From an uncultured Bacteroidales bacterium (lineage in GTDB: Bacteria; Bacteroidota; Bacteroidia; Bacteroidales; VadinHA17): DNA of 64,000 nt. The notes beneath the pieces are model-generated. The model did no database searches, was not told the DNA's origin, and saw nothing but the letters and a program-made list of their open reading frames with translations. The stretch covers positions 192,139 to 256,138 of the forward strand of contig CAWGJX010000004.1 in assembly GCA_963823065.1 (NCBI GenBank). Reading direction: 5' to 3'. Positions 44,741-52,545 of the stretch are shown in pieces. Position numbers and translations under genes: made by a program. Position 1 is the first letter of the stretch, and each line of letters starts with the position of its first letter.

Positions 44741-45712
44741 ATGCCACCTACAAAATATAAATTCGATCCCGATTCACTGAGCTTTGATAAAATAAAACTC
44801 GGAATAAAGACTTTATTTCTGCGATCACTTGCATTCTTTGGCGGGTCGGTGTTGATTGCCATGATTTATTGGGTAGTTTTTGCATCATTCTTTGATTCCC
44901 CAAAGGAAAAAGCGCTTAAGCGTGAGGTTGCACAGATGACAATTCAATATGATCTTATTCACAGGGAGATGGGTGATGTAGAAAATGTTCTTGAAGATCT
45001 TCAGAAAACCGACGATAATCTTTACAGAACTATTTTCGAAGCTGAACCTATTCCATCCACACTGCGAGACGGTGGAATAGGAGGAGTAAACAGATATGAA
45101 GCTCTTGAAGGTTACGACAACTCCAAACTGGTAATAGAAACTGCTAACAGGCTTGATAAGATCAGGAAAAAGATATATATACAATCCAAATCATACGATC
45201 AACTTATCAGACTGGCAAAAGACAAAGAGGAGATGCTTAAATCTATACCTGCAATCATTCCGGTCACCAATAAAGATCTGACAAGAACTGCTTCAGGCTA
45301 TGGCTGGCGGATACATCCCATTTATAAAATCAGTAAATTTCACTATGGCATGGACTTTACAGCCCCTCTTGGAACTGACGTCTATGCTACCGGCAACGGA
45401 ACCGTAGTCGGAATGGTTTCTTCACAAAGAGGTTTTGGTAAACATATTATTATTGATCATGGTTTCGGCTATTCCAGTGTATATGCACATCTGAGCAATT
45501 TTAATGTAAAGGTTGGACAGAAAGTAAAAAGGGGTGATATTATTGGTTATGTTGGCAATACAGGCACTTCAGTTGCTAACCATCTTCACTATGAAATTAA
45601 ACTTAACGGAGTAAATGTCGATCCGGTCAACTACTTTTTCGAAGAACTCAGTTCGGAAGAATATGAAAAAATGGTTGAAATTGCTTCAAAAACCGGGCAG
45701 TCTTTCGATTAG
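44741..45712 (+). CDS. M23-family (LytM-domain) metallopeptidase, tandem paralog
   Basis: HYGMDF...HLHYEI motifs and the same TM + coiled-coil + LytM plan as the upstream gene. Confidence 0.85.
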   Translation: MPPTKYKFDPDSLSFDKIKLGIKTLFLRSLAFFGGSVLIAMIYWVVFASFFDSPKEKALKREVAQMTIQYDLIHREMGDVENVLEDLQKTDDNLYRTIFEAEPIPSTLRDGGIGGVNRYEALEGYDNSKLVIETANRLDKIRKKIYIQSKSYDQLIRLAKDKEEMLKSIPAIIPVTNKDLTRTASGYGWRIHPIYKISKFHYGMDFTAPLGTDVYATGNGTVVGMVSSQRGFGKHIIIDHGFGYSSVYAHLSNFNVKVGQKVKRGDIIGYVGNTGTSVANHLHYEIKLNGVNVDPVNYFFEELSSEEYEKMVEIASKTGQSFD

Positions 45713-45872
45713 TCATTTTCTTAAAACTTATTATGAAGAGACGGGACGTTCTGCTGATACTTGCAAGAATTGCCAGTGCACGGCAGGTTATATATAAATT
45801 AAGAGAATTGGTTGCTCAGGATTTTCCTGATGGAGTGGTGAATAGATAATAAGATGGTGAAATCACATATAA

Positions 45873-46217
45873 ATGACAGAAATGCCTTATAAAGAAAAAA
45901 AAGTCGAAAAACTCTATTATTCGATAGGGGAAGTTGCTGAAATGTTGGATGTTCCGGTTTCCACAATCCGTTTTTGGGAGAATGAGTTTGATATTCTCAA
46001 GCCGATGAAAAACAAAAAAGGAAACAGGATGTTTACACCGGAAGACATCAAGAACCTAAAAATTCTCCATCATCTTGTTAAGGAAGAAGGGATGACCCTC
46101 TCGGGTGCGAAAAAGAAACTCTCCGAAAAGTGGGGCGAAACTGAATATAAGTATGAGATTAATGAATCTCTTCTTAAAATTAAAACTTTATTACTTGATA
46201 TCAGGGATAGTATCTAA
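45873..46217 (+). CDS. MerR-family transcriptional regulator
   Basis: N-terminal winged HTH YSIGEVAEMLDVPVSTIRFWENEF; 114 aa. Confidence 0.8.
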   Translation: MTEMPYKEKKVEKLYYSIGEVAEMLDVPVSTIRFWENEFDILKPMKNKKGNRMFTPEDIKNLKILHHLVKEEGMTLSGAKKKLSEKWGETEYKYEINESLLKIKTLLLDIRDSI

Positions 46218-46233
46218 TACCTCATCCCCCTGG

Positions 46234-46304
46234 CCCCCTTCTCCCAAGGGAGAAGGGGGAAGCCCGGTTACATAAGAAAAAGTCCCTCCTCCTTGGGGGA
46301 GGGA
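46234..46304. repeat. pair of G/C-run hairpins downstream of the MerR gene
   Basis: 12-bp stem CCCCCTTCTCCC-AA-GGGAGAAGGGGG (46234-46259) and 7-bp stem TCCCTCC...GGAGGGA (46283-46304). The second is followed by TTT. Confidence 0.7.
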
Positions 46305-46331
46305 TTTAGGGAGAGGTAAAAAAACAGAACT

Positions 46332-47426
46332 ATGAAACTAAAAGAACTTTGTTCATATCTGGATACAGCAGTCCCATTGTCATTTCAGGAGGACTACGAT
46401 AATTGCGGATTACAGGTCGGTTTACCCAACGCTGAAATATCTTCAGCTCTGGTTACTATTGACGTTACCGAGGAAGTTATAGAAGAAGCAATAGCAAATA
46501 AATGTAATGTGATCGTTTCTCATCATCCTCTGATATTCAGGGGGATAAAAAGTCTGACAGGAAGTTCCTATGTCGAGAGGATCATTCATAGTGCGATAAA
46601 GAATGATCTGGCAATTTATTCTTCTCATACCAATCTTGACGTGTTCAGTGACGGAGTAAGCAGGAAAATGGCAGAAAAGCTGGGTATGGAGGACATTACT
46701 GTTTTGTCTCCTTCAGAAAACACTCTTCTGAAGCTTGTAACTTATATTCCGGAAACTCATTTTGAAAAAGTCAGGGACAAACTTTTTGAAGCAGGGGCCG
46801 GAAAGACAGGAAATTATGATAAATGCGGATTCTCGGTGTCAGGAACCGGAAGTTTCAGAGCAAACGAAAAAGCCAATCCGTTTGTTGGCGAAAAAGACAA
46901 ACTGCATTTTGAAAATGAAATAAGGTTTGAAACAATTTTGTTTTCCCACCTGCAGGATAAAGTAACTAAAGCTCTGCTTGAGACACATCCTTATGAAGAA
47001 GTTGCTTATGATTTTTATGTCCTCGAAAATAAAAATGCAGAAATTGGTTTGGGATGTGTCGGAAAATTACCCCAACCGGTTTCAGAGGAGGAATTCCTGA
47101 AAATTGCTTCATCCGTTTTTGACGCGAAGGGGTTAAGATTTTCAAAGCTGACTGGGAAACCAGTCAGTAAAGTAGCACTCTGTGGCGGTTCTGGAATATC
47201 ACTATTAGATTGTGCAATCAATTCAGGAGCTGAAGTATTTTTGACTGCTGATATTAAATATCATGATTTTTTTAACACAGAAAATAGAATACTTCTTGTT
47301 GATACTGGTCATTATGAGAGCGAAAAATTCTCAACTGAAATATTAAAAGACCTAATTATTAAAAAATTCCCTAAATTTGCAGTCCGGTTTTCAGAAACAA
47401 ATACGAATCCGATAAATTATTTTTAA
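46332..47426 (+). CDS. Nif3-like dinuclear metal-centre protein (long form with inserted domain)
   Basis: NIF3 blocks (DNCGLQVG, VIVSHHPLIF, IYSSHTNLD, C-terminal DTGHYESE); 364 aa. Confidence 0.85.
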   Translation: MKLKELCSYLDTAVPLSFQEDYDNCGLQVGLPNAEISSALVTIDVTEEVIEEAIANKCNVIVSHHPLIFRGIKSLTGSSYVERIIHSAIKNDLAIYSSHTNLDVFSDGVSRKMAEKLGMEDITVLSPSENTLLKLVTYIPETHFEKVRDKLFEAGAGKTGNYDKCGFSVSGTGSFRANEKANPFVGEKDKLHFENEIRFETILFSHLQDKVTKALLETHPYEEVAYDFYVLENKNAEIGLGCVGKLPQPVSEEEFLKIASSVFDAKGLRFSKLTGKPVSKVALCGGSGISLLDCAINSGAEVFLTADIKYHDFFNTENRILLVDTGHYESEKFSTEILKDLIIKKFPKFAVRFSETNTNPINYF

Positions 47427-47428
47427 AA

Positions 47429-48193
47429 ATGGAAAAAGCAAAATCACATGAATCTGAAATTTCTGTTGAAGAGAGATTAAGAGCATTATATGGTTTACAA
47501 TTAGTTGATTCAGAAATAGATAAGATTAGAACCCTGAGAGGTGAACTTCCTCTGGAAGTACAAGATCTGGAAGATGAAATCGCAGGATTGGAGACAAGGT
47601 TAGGTAACGTGAAAGATGAAGTATCGAATCTTGAAAAGTCGGTTTTAAAGAAGAATAATGAGATTGCTGATGCTGAAGGACTAATAAAAAAATATGAAGA
47701 ACAGCAAAAAAACGTAAGAAATAACAGAGAATTTGACTCTCTTTCAAAAGAGATAGAATATCAAAACCTGGAGATTGAATTGTTCAATAAAAAAATCAAA
47801 GAATTCAATTTTCTGATAGATGAGAAGAATCTGGTTATTGCTGATTCAGAAACCACTCTTGCTGATCGAAAGACTGACCTGGAAAATAAAAAGTCAGAAC
47901 TGGATGAGATAATATCCGATACCCAGAAAGAGGAAGAAGGACTATATAAAAAATCTGAAAAAGTAGAAGCTATTATTGAGGAAAGACTTCTCACCGCTTA
48001 TAAAAGAATTAGGTCAAATGCCAGAAATGGTCTCGCCGTAGTTCCTGTTCAGAGGGATGCCTGCGGAGGTTGTTTTAACCAGATACCTCCTCAGAGACAG
48101 CTTGATATCAAATCGAGAAAGAAAATTATAGTATGCGAATATTGCGGCCGTATTCTCGTCGATGATGAAATTATTAAGGAAGGTCATTTATAG
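47429..48193 (+). CDS. coiled-coil protein with a C-terminal C4 zinc ribbon (COG1579-like Nif3 partner)
   Basis: Long heptad-rich region followed by CGGCFNQIPPQ...CEYCGRIL. The start lies 2 nt after the nif3 stop. Confidence 0.75.
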   Translation: MEKAKSHESEISVEERLRALYGLQLVDSEIDKIRTLRGELPLEVQDLEDEIAGLETRLGNVKDEVSNLEKSVLKKNNEIADAEGLIKKYEEQQKNVRNNREFDSLSKEIEYQNLEIELFNKKIKEFNFLIDEKNLVIADSETTLADRKTDLENKKSELDEIISDTQKEEEGLYKKSEKVEAIIEERLLTAYKRIRSNARNGLAVVPVQRDACGGCFNQIPPQRQLDIKSRKKIIVCEYCGRILVDDEIIKEGHL

Positions 48194-48216
48194 ACCAATC
48201 TCCAGAAATATAGAAG

Positions 48217-48248
48217 AGCTGACTTTTTAAGGGTCAGCTTTTTTTTTG
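48217..48248 (+). terminator. intrinsic terminator after the zinc-ribbon gene
   Basis: Stem AGCTGAC / GTCAGCT with a 9-nt loop, followed by a run of 9 T. Confidence 0.75.
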
Positions 48249-48249
48249 G

Positions 48250-48372
48250 ACCCTCTTGCCCTACGGGCACTCCCCCTGACAGGGGAAAAAAATTCTGGAA
48301 GTATTTGAAATCTCACTAAACAGACGAGTATTATCGCCCCTTTAGGGGAGATGTCGCGAAGCGACAGAGGGG
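48250..48372. repeat. cluster of short G/C-run hairpins between the terminator and hutU
   Basis: TGCCC-TAC-GGGCA (48257-48269), CCCCT-GACA-GGGG (48273-48285), CCCCT-TT-AGGGG (48337-48348) and TGTCGC-GAA-GCGACA (48352-48366). The 62-aa track ORF 48227-48415 is just a translation of these. Confidence 0.65.
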
Positions 48373-48426
48373 ATTTCCTCTTCCGAAAAAAAATTAACTT
48401 TACATTATATTTCACAATCAGATTTC

Positions 48427-50439
48427 ATGACAAACGCTGAATTCAAAAAACAAGTCGCGGAAGGAATTCCATCAGAGCTTCCGGCTATCAGGTTGTATGA
48501 TAAAAATCTTAATCATGCACCTAAAAGAAAAGATATTCTGAATGATAATGAAAAACACCTTGCAATTAAGAATGCCCTCAGATACTTTCCTGAAAAATTT
48601 CATTCCGTTCTTGCGGGAGAGTTTGCCCTGGAACTGAAAACCTACGGAAGGATTTATATGTACCGGTTCAGGCCCGATTATGAGATAAAAGCCCGGCACA
48701 TAGATGACTTTCCTTACAAATCGAGAAGTGCGGCTGCTATTATGCTAATGATCTCCAATAACCTCGATATATCTGTTGCACAGCATCCCCACGAGCTTAT
48801 TACATATGGAGGGAATGGGGCAGTTTTCCAGAACTGGGCCCAATACAGGTTAACGATGAAATATCTTTCGGAAATGACCGATGAGCAAACTCTCGTTATA
48901 TACTCAGGTCATCCTCTTGGTATTTTCCCTTCACAAAAGTTAGCTCCCAGATTGGTGGTGACAAATGGAATGGTAATACCAAATTACTCCTCGCAGGATG
49001 ACTGGGAGAAATTCAATGCATTAGGCGTATCACAATATGGTCAGATGACTGCTGGATCATATATGTACATTGGACCCCAGGGGATTGTTCATGGCACTAC
49101 CATTACAATTCTTAATGCTGCAAGGATAATAAGCAGATCGATGAATAAACCCGGAATTAAATTATTTGTATCATCTGGTCTGGGTGGAATGTCGGGAGCT
49201 CAACCTAAAGCTGCAAGTATAGCGGGTGTGATTTCAGTAATTGCCGAAGTGAATCCGAAAGCTTTAAAAACCAGACATTCGCAGGGATGGGTGGACGAGA
49301 TATTCAAGGATTTAGATAAACTTATATCCAGACTTAGGCATCTGATTGACAATAAAACGGTTACTTCAATTGGTTACGAGGGTAATATTGTTGATTTATG
49401 GGAGAAGTTAGCAGAGGAAAATATCTATGTAGATCTAGGCTCTGATCAGACATCTCTTCATAATCCATGGTCGGGCGGTTATTATCCCGCCGGATTAAGT
49501 TTTGATGAATCGAACAGAATGTTATCAGAGAAGTCCGAAATGTTTAAAGATGAGGTTCGGAAATCATTAAGGCGTCAGGTGGAAGCAATAAACAAACACA
49601 CCTCCAGGGGTACTTACTTTTTCGATTACGGGAACGCATTTCTTCTGGAAGCTTCAAGAGCCGGAGGAGATATTCTTAAAAAAAATGGTGATTTCAAATA
49701 TCCTTCATATGTTCAGGATATTATCGGTCCCATGTGTTTTGACTATGGTTTCGGACCATTCAGATGGGTTTGTTGTTCAAATAATGCATCTGACCTGGCG
49801 GCAACAGATAGTATTGCTCTTAATGTACTCCTGAAATTAATCAAGGAATCACCTGATGAAATTACTCAGCAATTGAAAGACAATATTCAATGGATTCGGG
49901 AAGCCGGAAGGAATAATCTTGTAGTTGGTTCCCAGGCGCGCATTCTTTACGCTGATGCCAGAGGAAGGATGGAGATTGCCTCAGCTTTTAATAAGGCTAT
50001 TGCTGATGGAATAGTTTCAGCACCGGTAGTTATTGGTCGCGATCATCATGATGTTTCGGGCACAGATTCTCCTTACCGTGAGACTTCAAATATCTACGAC
50101 GGATCTAAATTCACCGCCGATATGGCGGTTCAGAATGTAATTGGAGATTCCTTCCGCGGCGCTACATGGGTCTCATTGCATAATGGTGGTGGAGTGGGAT
50201 GGGGAGAGGTAATAAATGGAGGATTTGGTATGGTACTTGATGGTTCTTCCGAATCTGAAACTAAACTGAGGAACATGCTTCATTGGGATGTAAACAACGG
50301 AATTGCCCGTCGTAGCTGGGCCAGAAATAAAGAAGCAATATTTACACTTCGAAAGGAGATGGAAAGAACTCCCGGTCTTAAGGTTACAATTCCTTATATT
50401 GCTGATGATAAGATAATTGATGAAGCGTTGTCCTTCTAG
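48427..50439 (+). CDS. hutU: urocanate hydratase
   Basis: 670 aa. Urocanase blocks (YGGNGAVFQNW, GQMTAGSYMYIGPQGIVHGT, SGLGGMSGAQ, GRDHHDVSGTDSPYRETSN). Confidence 0.92.
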   Translation: MTNAEFKKQVAEGIPSELPAIRLYDKNLNHAPKRKDILNDNEKHLAIKNALRYFPEKFHSVLAGEFALELKTYGRIYMYRFRPDYEIKARHIDDFPYKSRSAAAIMLMISNNLDISVAQHPHELITYGGNGAVFQNWAQYRLTMKYLSEMTDEQTLVIYSGHPLGIFPSQKLAPRLVVTNGMVIPNYSSQDDWEKFNALGVSQYGQMTAGSYMYIGPQGIVHGTTITILNAARIISRSMNKPGIKLFVSSGLGGMSGAQPKAASIAGVISVIAEVNPKALKTRHSQGWVDEIFKDLDKLISRLRHLIDNKTVTSIGYEGNIVDLWEKLAEENIYVDLGSDQTSLHNPWSGGYYPAGLSFDESNRMLSEKSEMFKDEVRKSLRRQVEAINKHTSRGTYFFDYGNAFLLEASRAGGDILKKNGDFKYPSYVQDIIGPMCFDYGFGPFRWVCCSNNASDLAATDSIALNVLLKLIKESPDEITQQLKDNIQWIREAGRNNLVVGSQARILYADARGRMEIASAFNKAIADGIVSAPVVIGRDHHDVSGTDSPYRETSNIYDGSKFTADMAVQNVIGDSFRGATWVSLHNGGGVGWGEVINGGFGMVLDGSSESETKLRNMLHWDVNNGIARRSWARNKEAIFTLRKEMERTPGLKVTIPYIADDKIIDEALSF

Positions 50440-50801
50440 AATTGCCGGCAAGCCATCATTGCCAGAAGACAATCGGTGACTACTTCAATGTTCTCCTTCT
50501 CGAGGATATCCTCAAATTCAGGATTTGTAGCTCCCGGATTGAAAATGACTCTCTTTGGATGGAGCGATAATATGTAATCGTAGTACTCCTTCTGGTTTTT
50601 TGCATTGAGATACATAGCTACTGTATGTACCGGACCTATATCTTCCGGTGTACCTGAAATTATTTTCAGGTCCCCGGCATCATAATTTCTTTTTCCGATT
50701 GCAATAACAGGTATGTTATTGTTTTTAAGAGTCCTGACTGCTCTGTATGAATATCTTTCGGGCTTTGGACTCGCACCAAGGACCAACGTTATCTTTTCCA
50801 T
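50436..50801 (-). CDS. CoA-binding domain protein (YccU-like)
   Basis: 121 aa with an N-terminal ITLVLGASPKPERYSYRAV Rossmann-type CoA-binding pattern. Its stop overlaps the hutU stop in the palindrome CTAG (50436-50439). Confidence 0.72.
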   Translation of the reverse strand: MEKITLVLGASPKPERYSYRAVRTLKNNNIPVIAIGKRNYDAGDLKIISGTPEDIGPVHTVAMYLNAKNQKEYYDYILSLHPKRVIFNPGATNPEFEDILEKENIEVVTDCLLAMMACRQF

Positions 50802-50818
50802 TTAGTAGTTCTTGTATT

Positions 50819-51301
50819 TTATTCCTTCTTAATTAACAGAACAACTGCCAAAGCGACAATTCCTTCACCTCTGCCGGTAAAACCGAGTTTCTCAGTGGTG
50901 GTTGCTTTGATTGCTATGTTTTCAGGTTCTGTTTCAAGAATTATTGAAATTGCGCTTTTCATTTCCTGGATGAAGGAGGATATTTTAGGTTCTTCCAGGC
51001 ATATAGTACTATCTAAATTTACAATTTTGTATCCTTTTTCACTGATTAGTTCAAAGGTGTTTGTTAGCAGGATTTTGCTGTCGATGTTTTTAAACCTGGC
51101 ATCTGTATCAGGAAAATAATGTCCGATATCTTTTAAACCTGCTGCTCCCAGAAGAGCGTCACATATTGCGTGAATCAGAACATCGCCATCTGAGTGAGCA
51201 ACACAACCCTTTTTATAAGGTATTTTTATTCCTCCCAACCATAAATCTAAACCTGTTTCGAGTTTGTGAAAATCAATTCCCTGACCAATTCTGATATTCA
51301 T
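50819..51301 (-). CDS. ispF: 2-C-methyl-D-erythritol 2,4-cyclodiphosphate synthase
   Basis: IGQGIDFHKL, AHSDGDVLIHAICDALLGAAGLKDIGHYFPDTD; 160 aa. The ATG overlaps the porV stop (ATGA). Confidence 0.93.
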   Translation of the reverse strand: MNIRIGQGIDFHKLETGLDLWLGGIKIPYKKGCVAHSDGDVLIHAICDALLGAAGLKDIGHYFPDTDARFKNIDSKILLTNTFELISEKGYKIVNLDSTICLEEPKISSFIQEMKSAISIILETEPENIAIKATTTEKLGFTGRGEGIVALAVVLLIKKE

Positions 51302-52491
51302 CCTTTTGACCTGTTTGCGTTTCTTAGAGCGTTGAAATCAAAAGCTATGGAAAACCTGAGAGTATGAGCAAGAGGATTATTTTGTGCAAGCGGCATAAGA
51401 TAGGAGAAATCGAGTGTAAATGCTTTGAGCCTGAATCCGGCGCCAGTTGTAAAGTATTTCCTATTCCCTTTTGAAGGATCTTCATAAAAAAAGCCACCCC
51501 TGAGAGCGAACTGATTATTATACCAATACTCAATTCCCGTCGAATAGGTAATTTCATGCATTTCTTCCTTAAATCCGCCGGGTGCATCAAAAAATGATTG
51601 AAAGATTGCAACAGGAACCGAAACATTAGGATCTTTTCCTTTAATAATGCTATCTGGTTTTGCACTGCTGTATAACGGAGGAGTGGGAACAAGCAGTTTA
51701 TTCAGATCGAGAGTGAGGGTAATTTTATTATAGGTATCAAGATTAATTGTGGTAGCAGCACCAATACGCATGTTCATCGGAATGAAATCAGCTGTTTGAG
51801 ACTGTGAATAACTCATTTTTGTCCCGATGTTTGAAAAATTAATTCCCACTCCCAACTGAGCATCCTTATTGAAAAGCGATATTTTTTTCTGGTAATATCC
51901 TGAAATGTCTGATGCAAAGGATATTCCTGGTCTTGTAGCAACTCCGCCCGAATATGATCCCCCGGTTAAATTTGAATATATAAATCTAAAAGCAATACTT
52001 CCGGAAATGTTTTCGCTGAATAGTCTTGCATAAGCTGCATCAAAAGCAAATTCGTTTGGGTTAAAAGTACGTTCAAGATTACCAAATTCATCGGTGAAAG
52101 GAACATCGCCAAGTGATGAATAAACCAGGCTGGTGGCAATTACCTGCTTGGTATCAATTCTCTTATATCCTGTGAGATATGCTATATTTATATCAGGTAC
52201 CAGATTTCTAAGCCAGGGAGAATAAGAAATTCCTATGCCGCCATTTCCGTCGATAAAAGCAAATTTAGAAGGATTCCAGTGCATACTGTAAACATCTGGA
52301 GAGGTCGCAACTCCTGCATCCCCCATGGCGCCGGCTCTTGAGTCAGGAGCTATGGTTAGAAACGGAACGACAGTCTGAATTGCATTAAGTCCACCTGAAC
52401 TCTGTTGAGAGAAAAGTAATGTTTCACCGGAAAAGGCGATGATAAGCAGGAAAATTGCAATTCTCTTTATCTTCATATCTAGGTTTATCAT
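51298..52491 (-). CDS. porV: type IX secretion system outer-membrane shuttle protein PorV (LptO)
   Basis: Signal peptide, then the N-terminal block VVPFLTIAPDSRAGAMGDAGVATSPD that I recognise as PorV-typical. A ~390-aa beta-barrel located directly downstream of porU. An alternative start is the ATG at 52476. Confidence 0.82.
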   Translation of the reverse strand: MINLDMKIKRIAIFLLIIAFSGETLLFSQQSSGGLNAIQTVVPFLTIAPDSRAGAMGDAGVATSPDVYSMHWNPSKFAFIDGNGGIGISYSPWLRNLVPDINIAYLTGYKRIDTKQVIATSLVYSSLGDVPFTDEFGNLERTFNPNEFAFDAAYARLFSENISGSIAFRFIYSNLTGGSYSGGVATRPGISFASDISGYYQKKISLFNKDAQLGVGINFSNIGTKMSYSQSQTADFIPMNMRIGAATTINLDTYNKITLTLDLNKLLVPTPPLYSSAKPDSIIKGKDPNVSVPVAIFQSFFDAPGGFKEEMHEITYSTGIEYWYNNQFALRGGFFYEDPSKGNRKYFTTGAGFRLKAFTLDFSYLMPLAQNNPLAHTLRFSIAFDFNALRNANRSKG

Positions 52492-52504
52492 TCTACGATC
52501 TTTA

Positions 52505-52512
52505 CAAATATA
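52505..52512 (-). promoter_or_regulatory. candidate -7 box (TATATTTG on the minus strand) between porU and porV
   Basis: Plus-strand CAAATATA is an exact reverse-complement match, 13 nt upstream of the ATG at 52491. Confidence 0.3.
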
Positions 52513-52545
52513 AAACTATTTTTCATCCTTAATATTGTGTGTATA

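Noticed and set aside
48227-48415. 62-aa minus-strand ORF (…SPLSLRDISPKGAI…PVRGSARRARGSKKKADP)
   Set aside because: It is entirely a translation of the G/C-run hairpin cluster and the preceding terminator. It has no start context and no coding periodicity.
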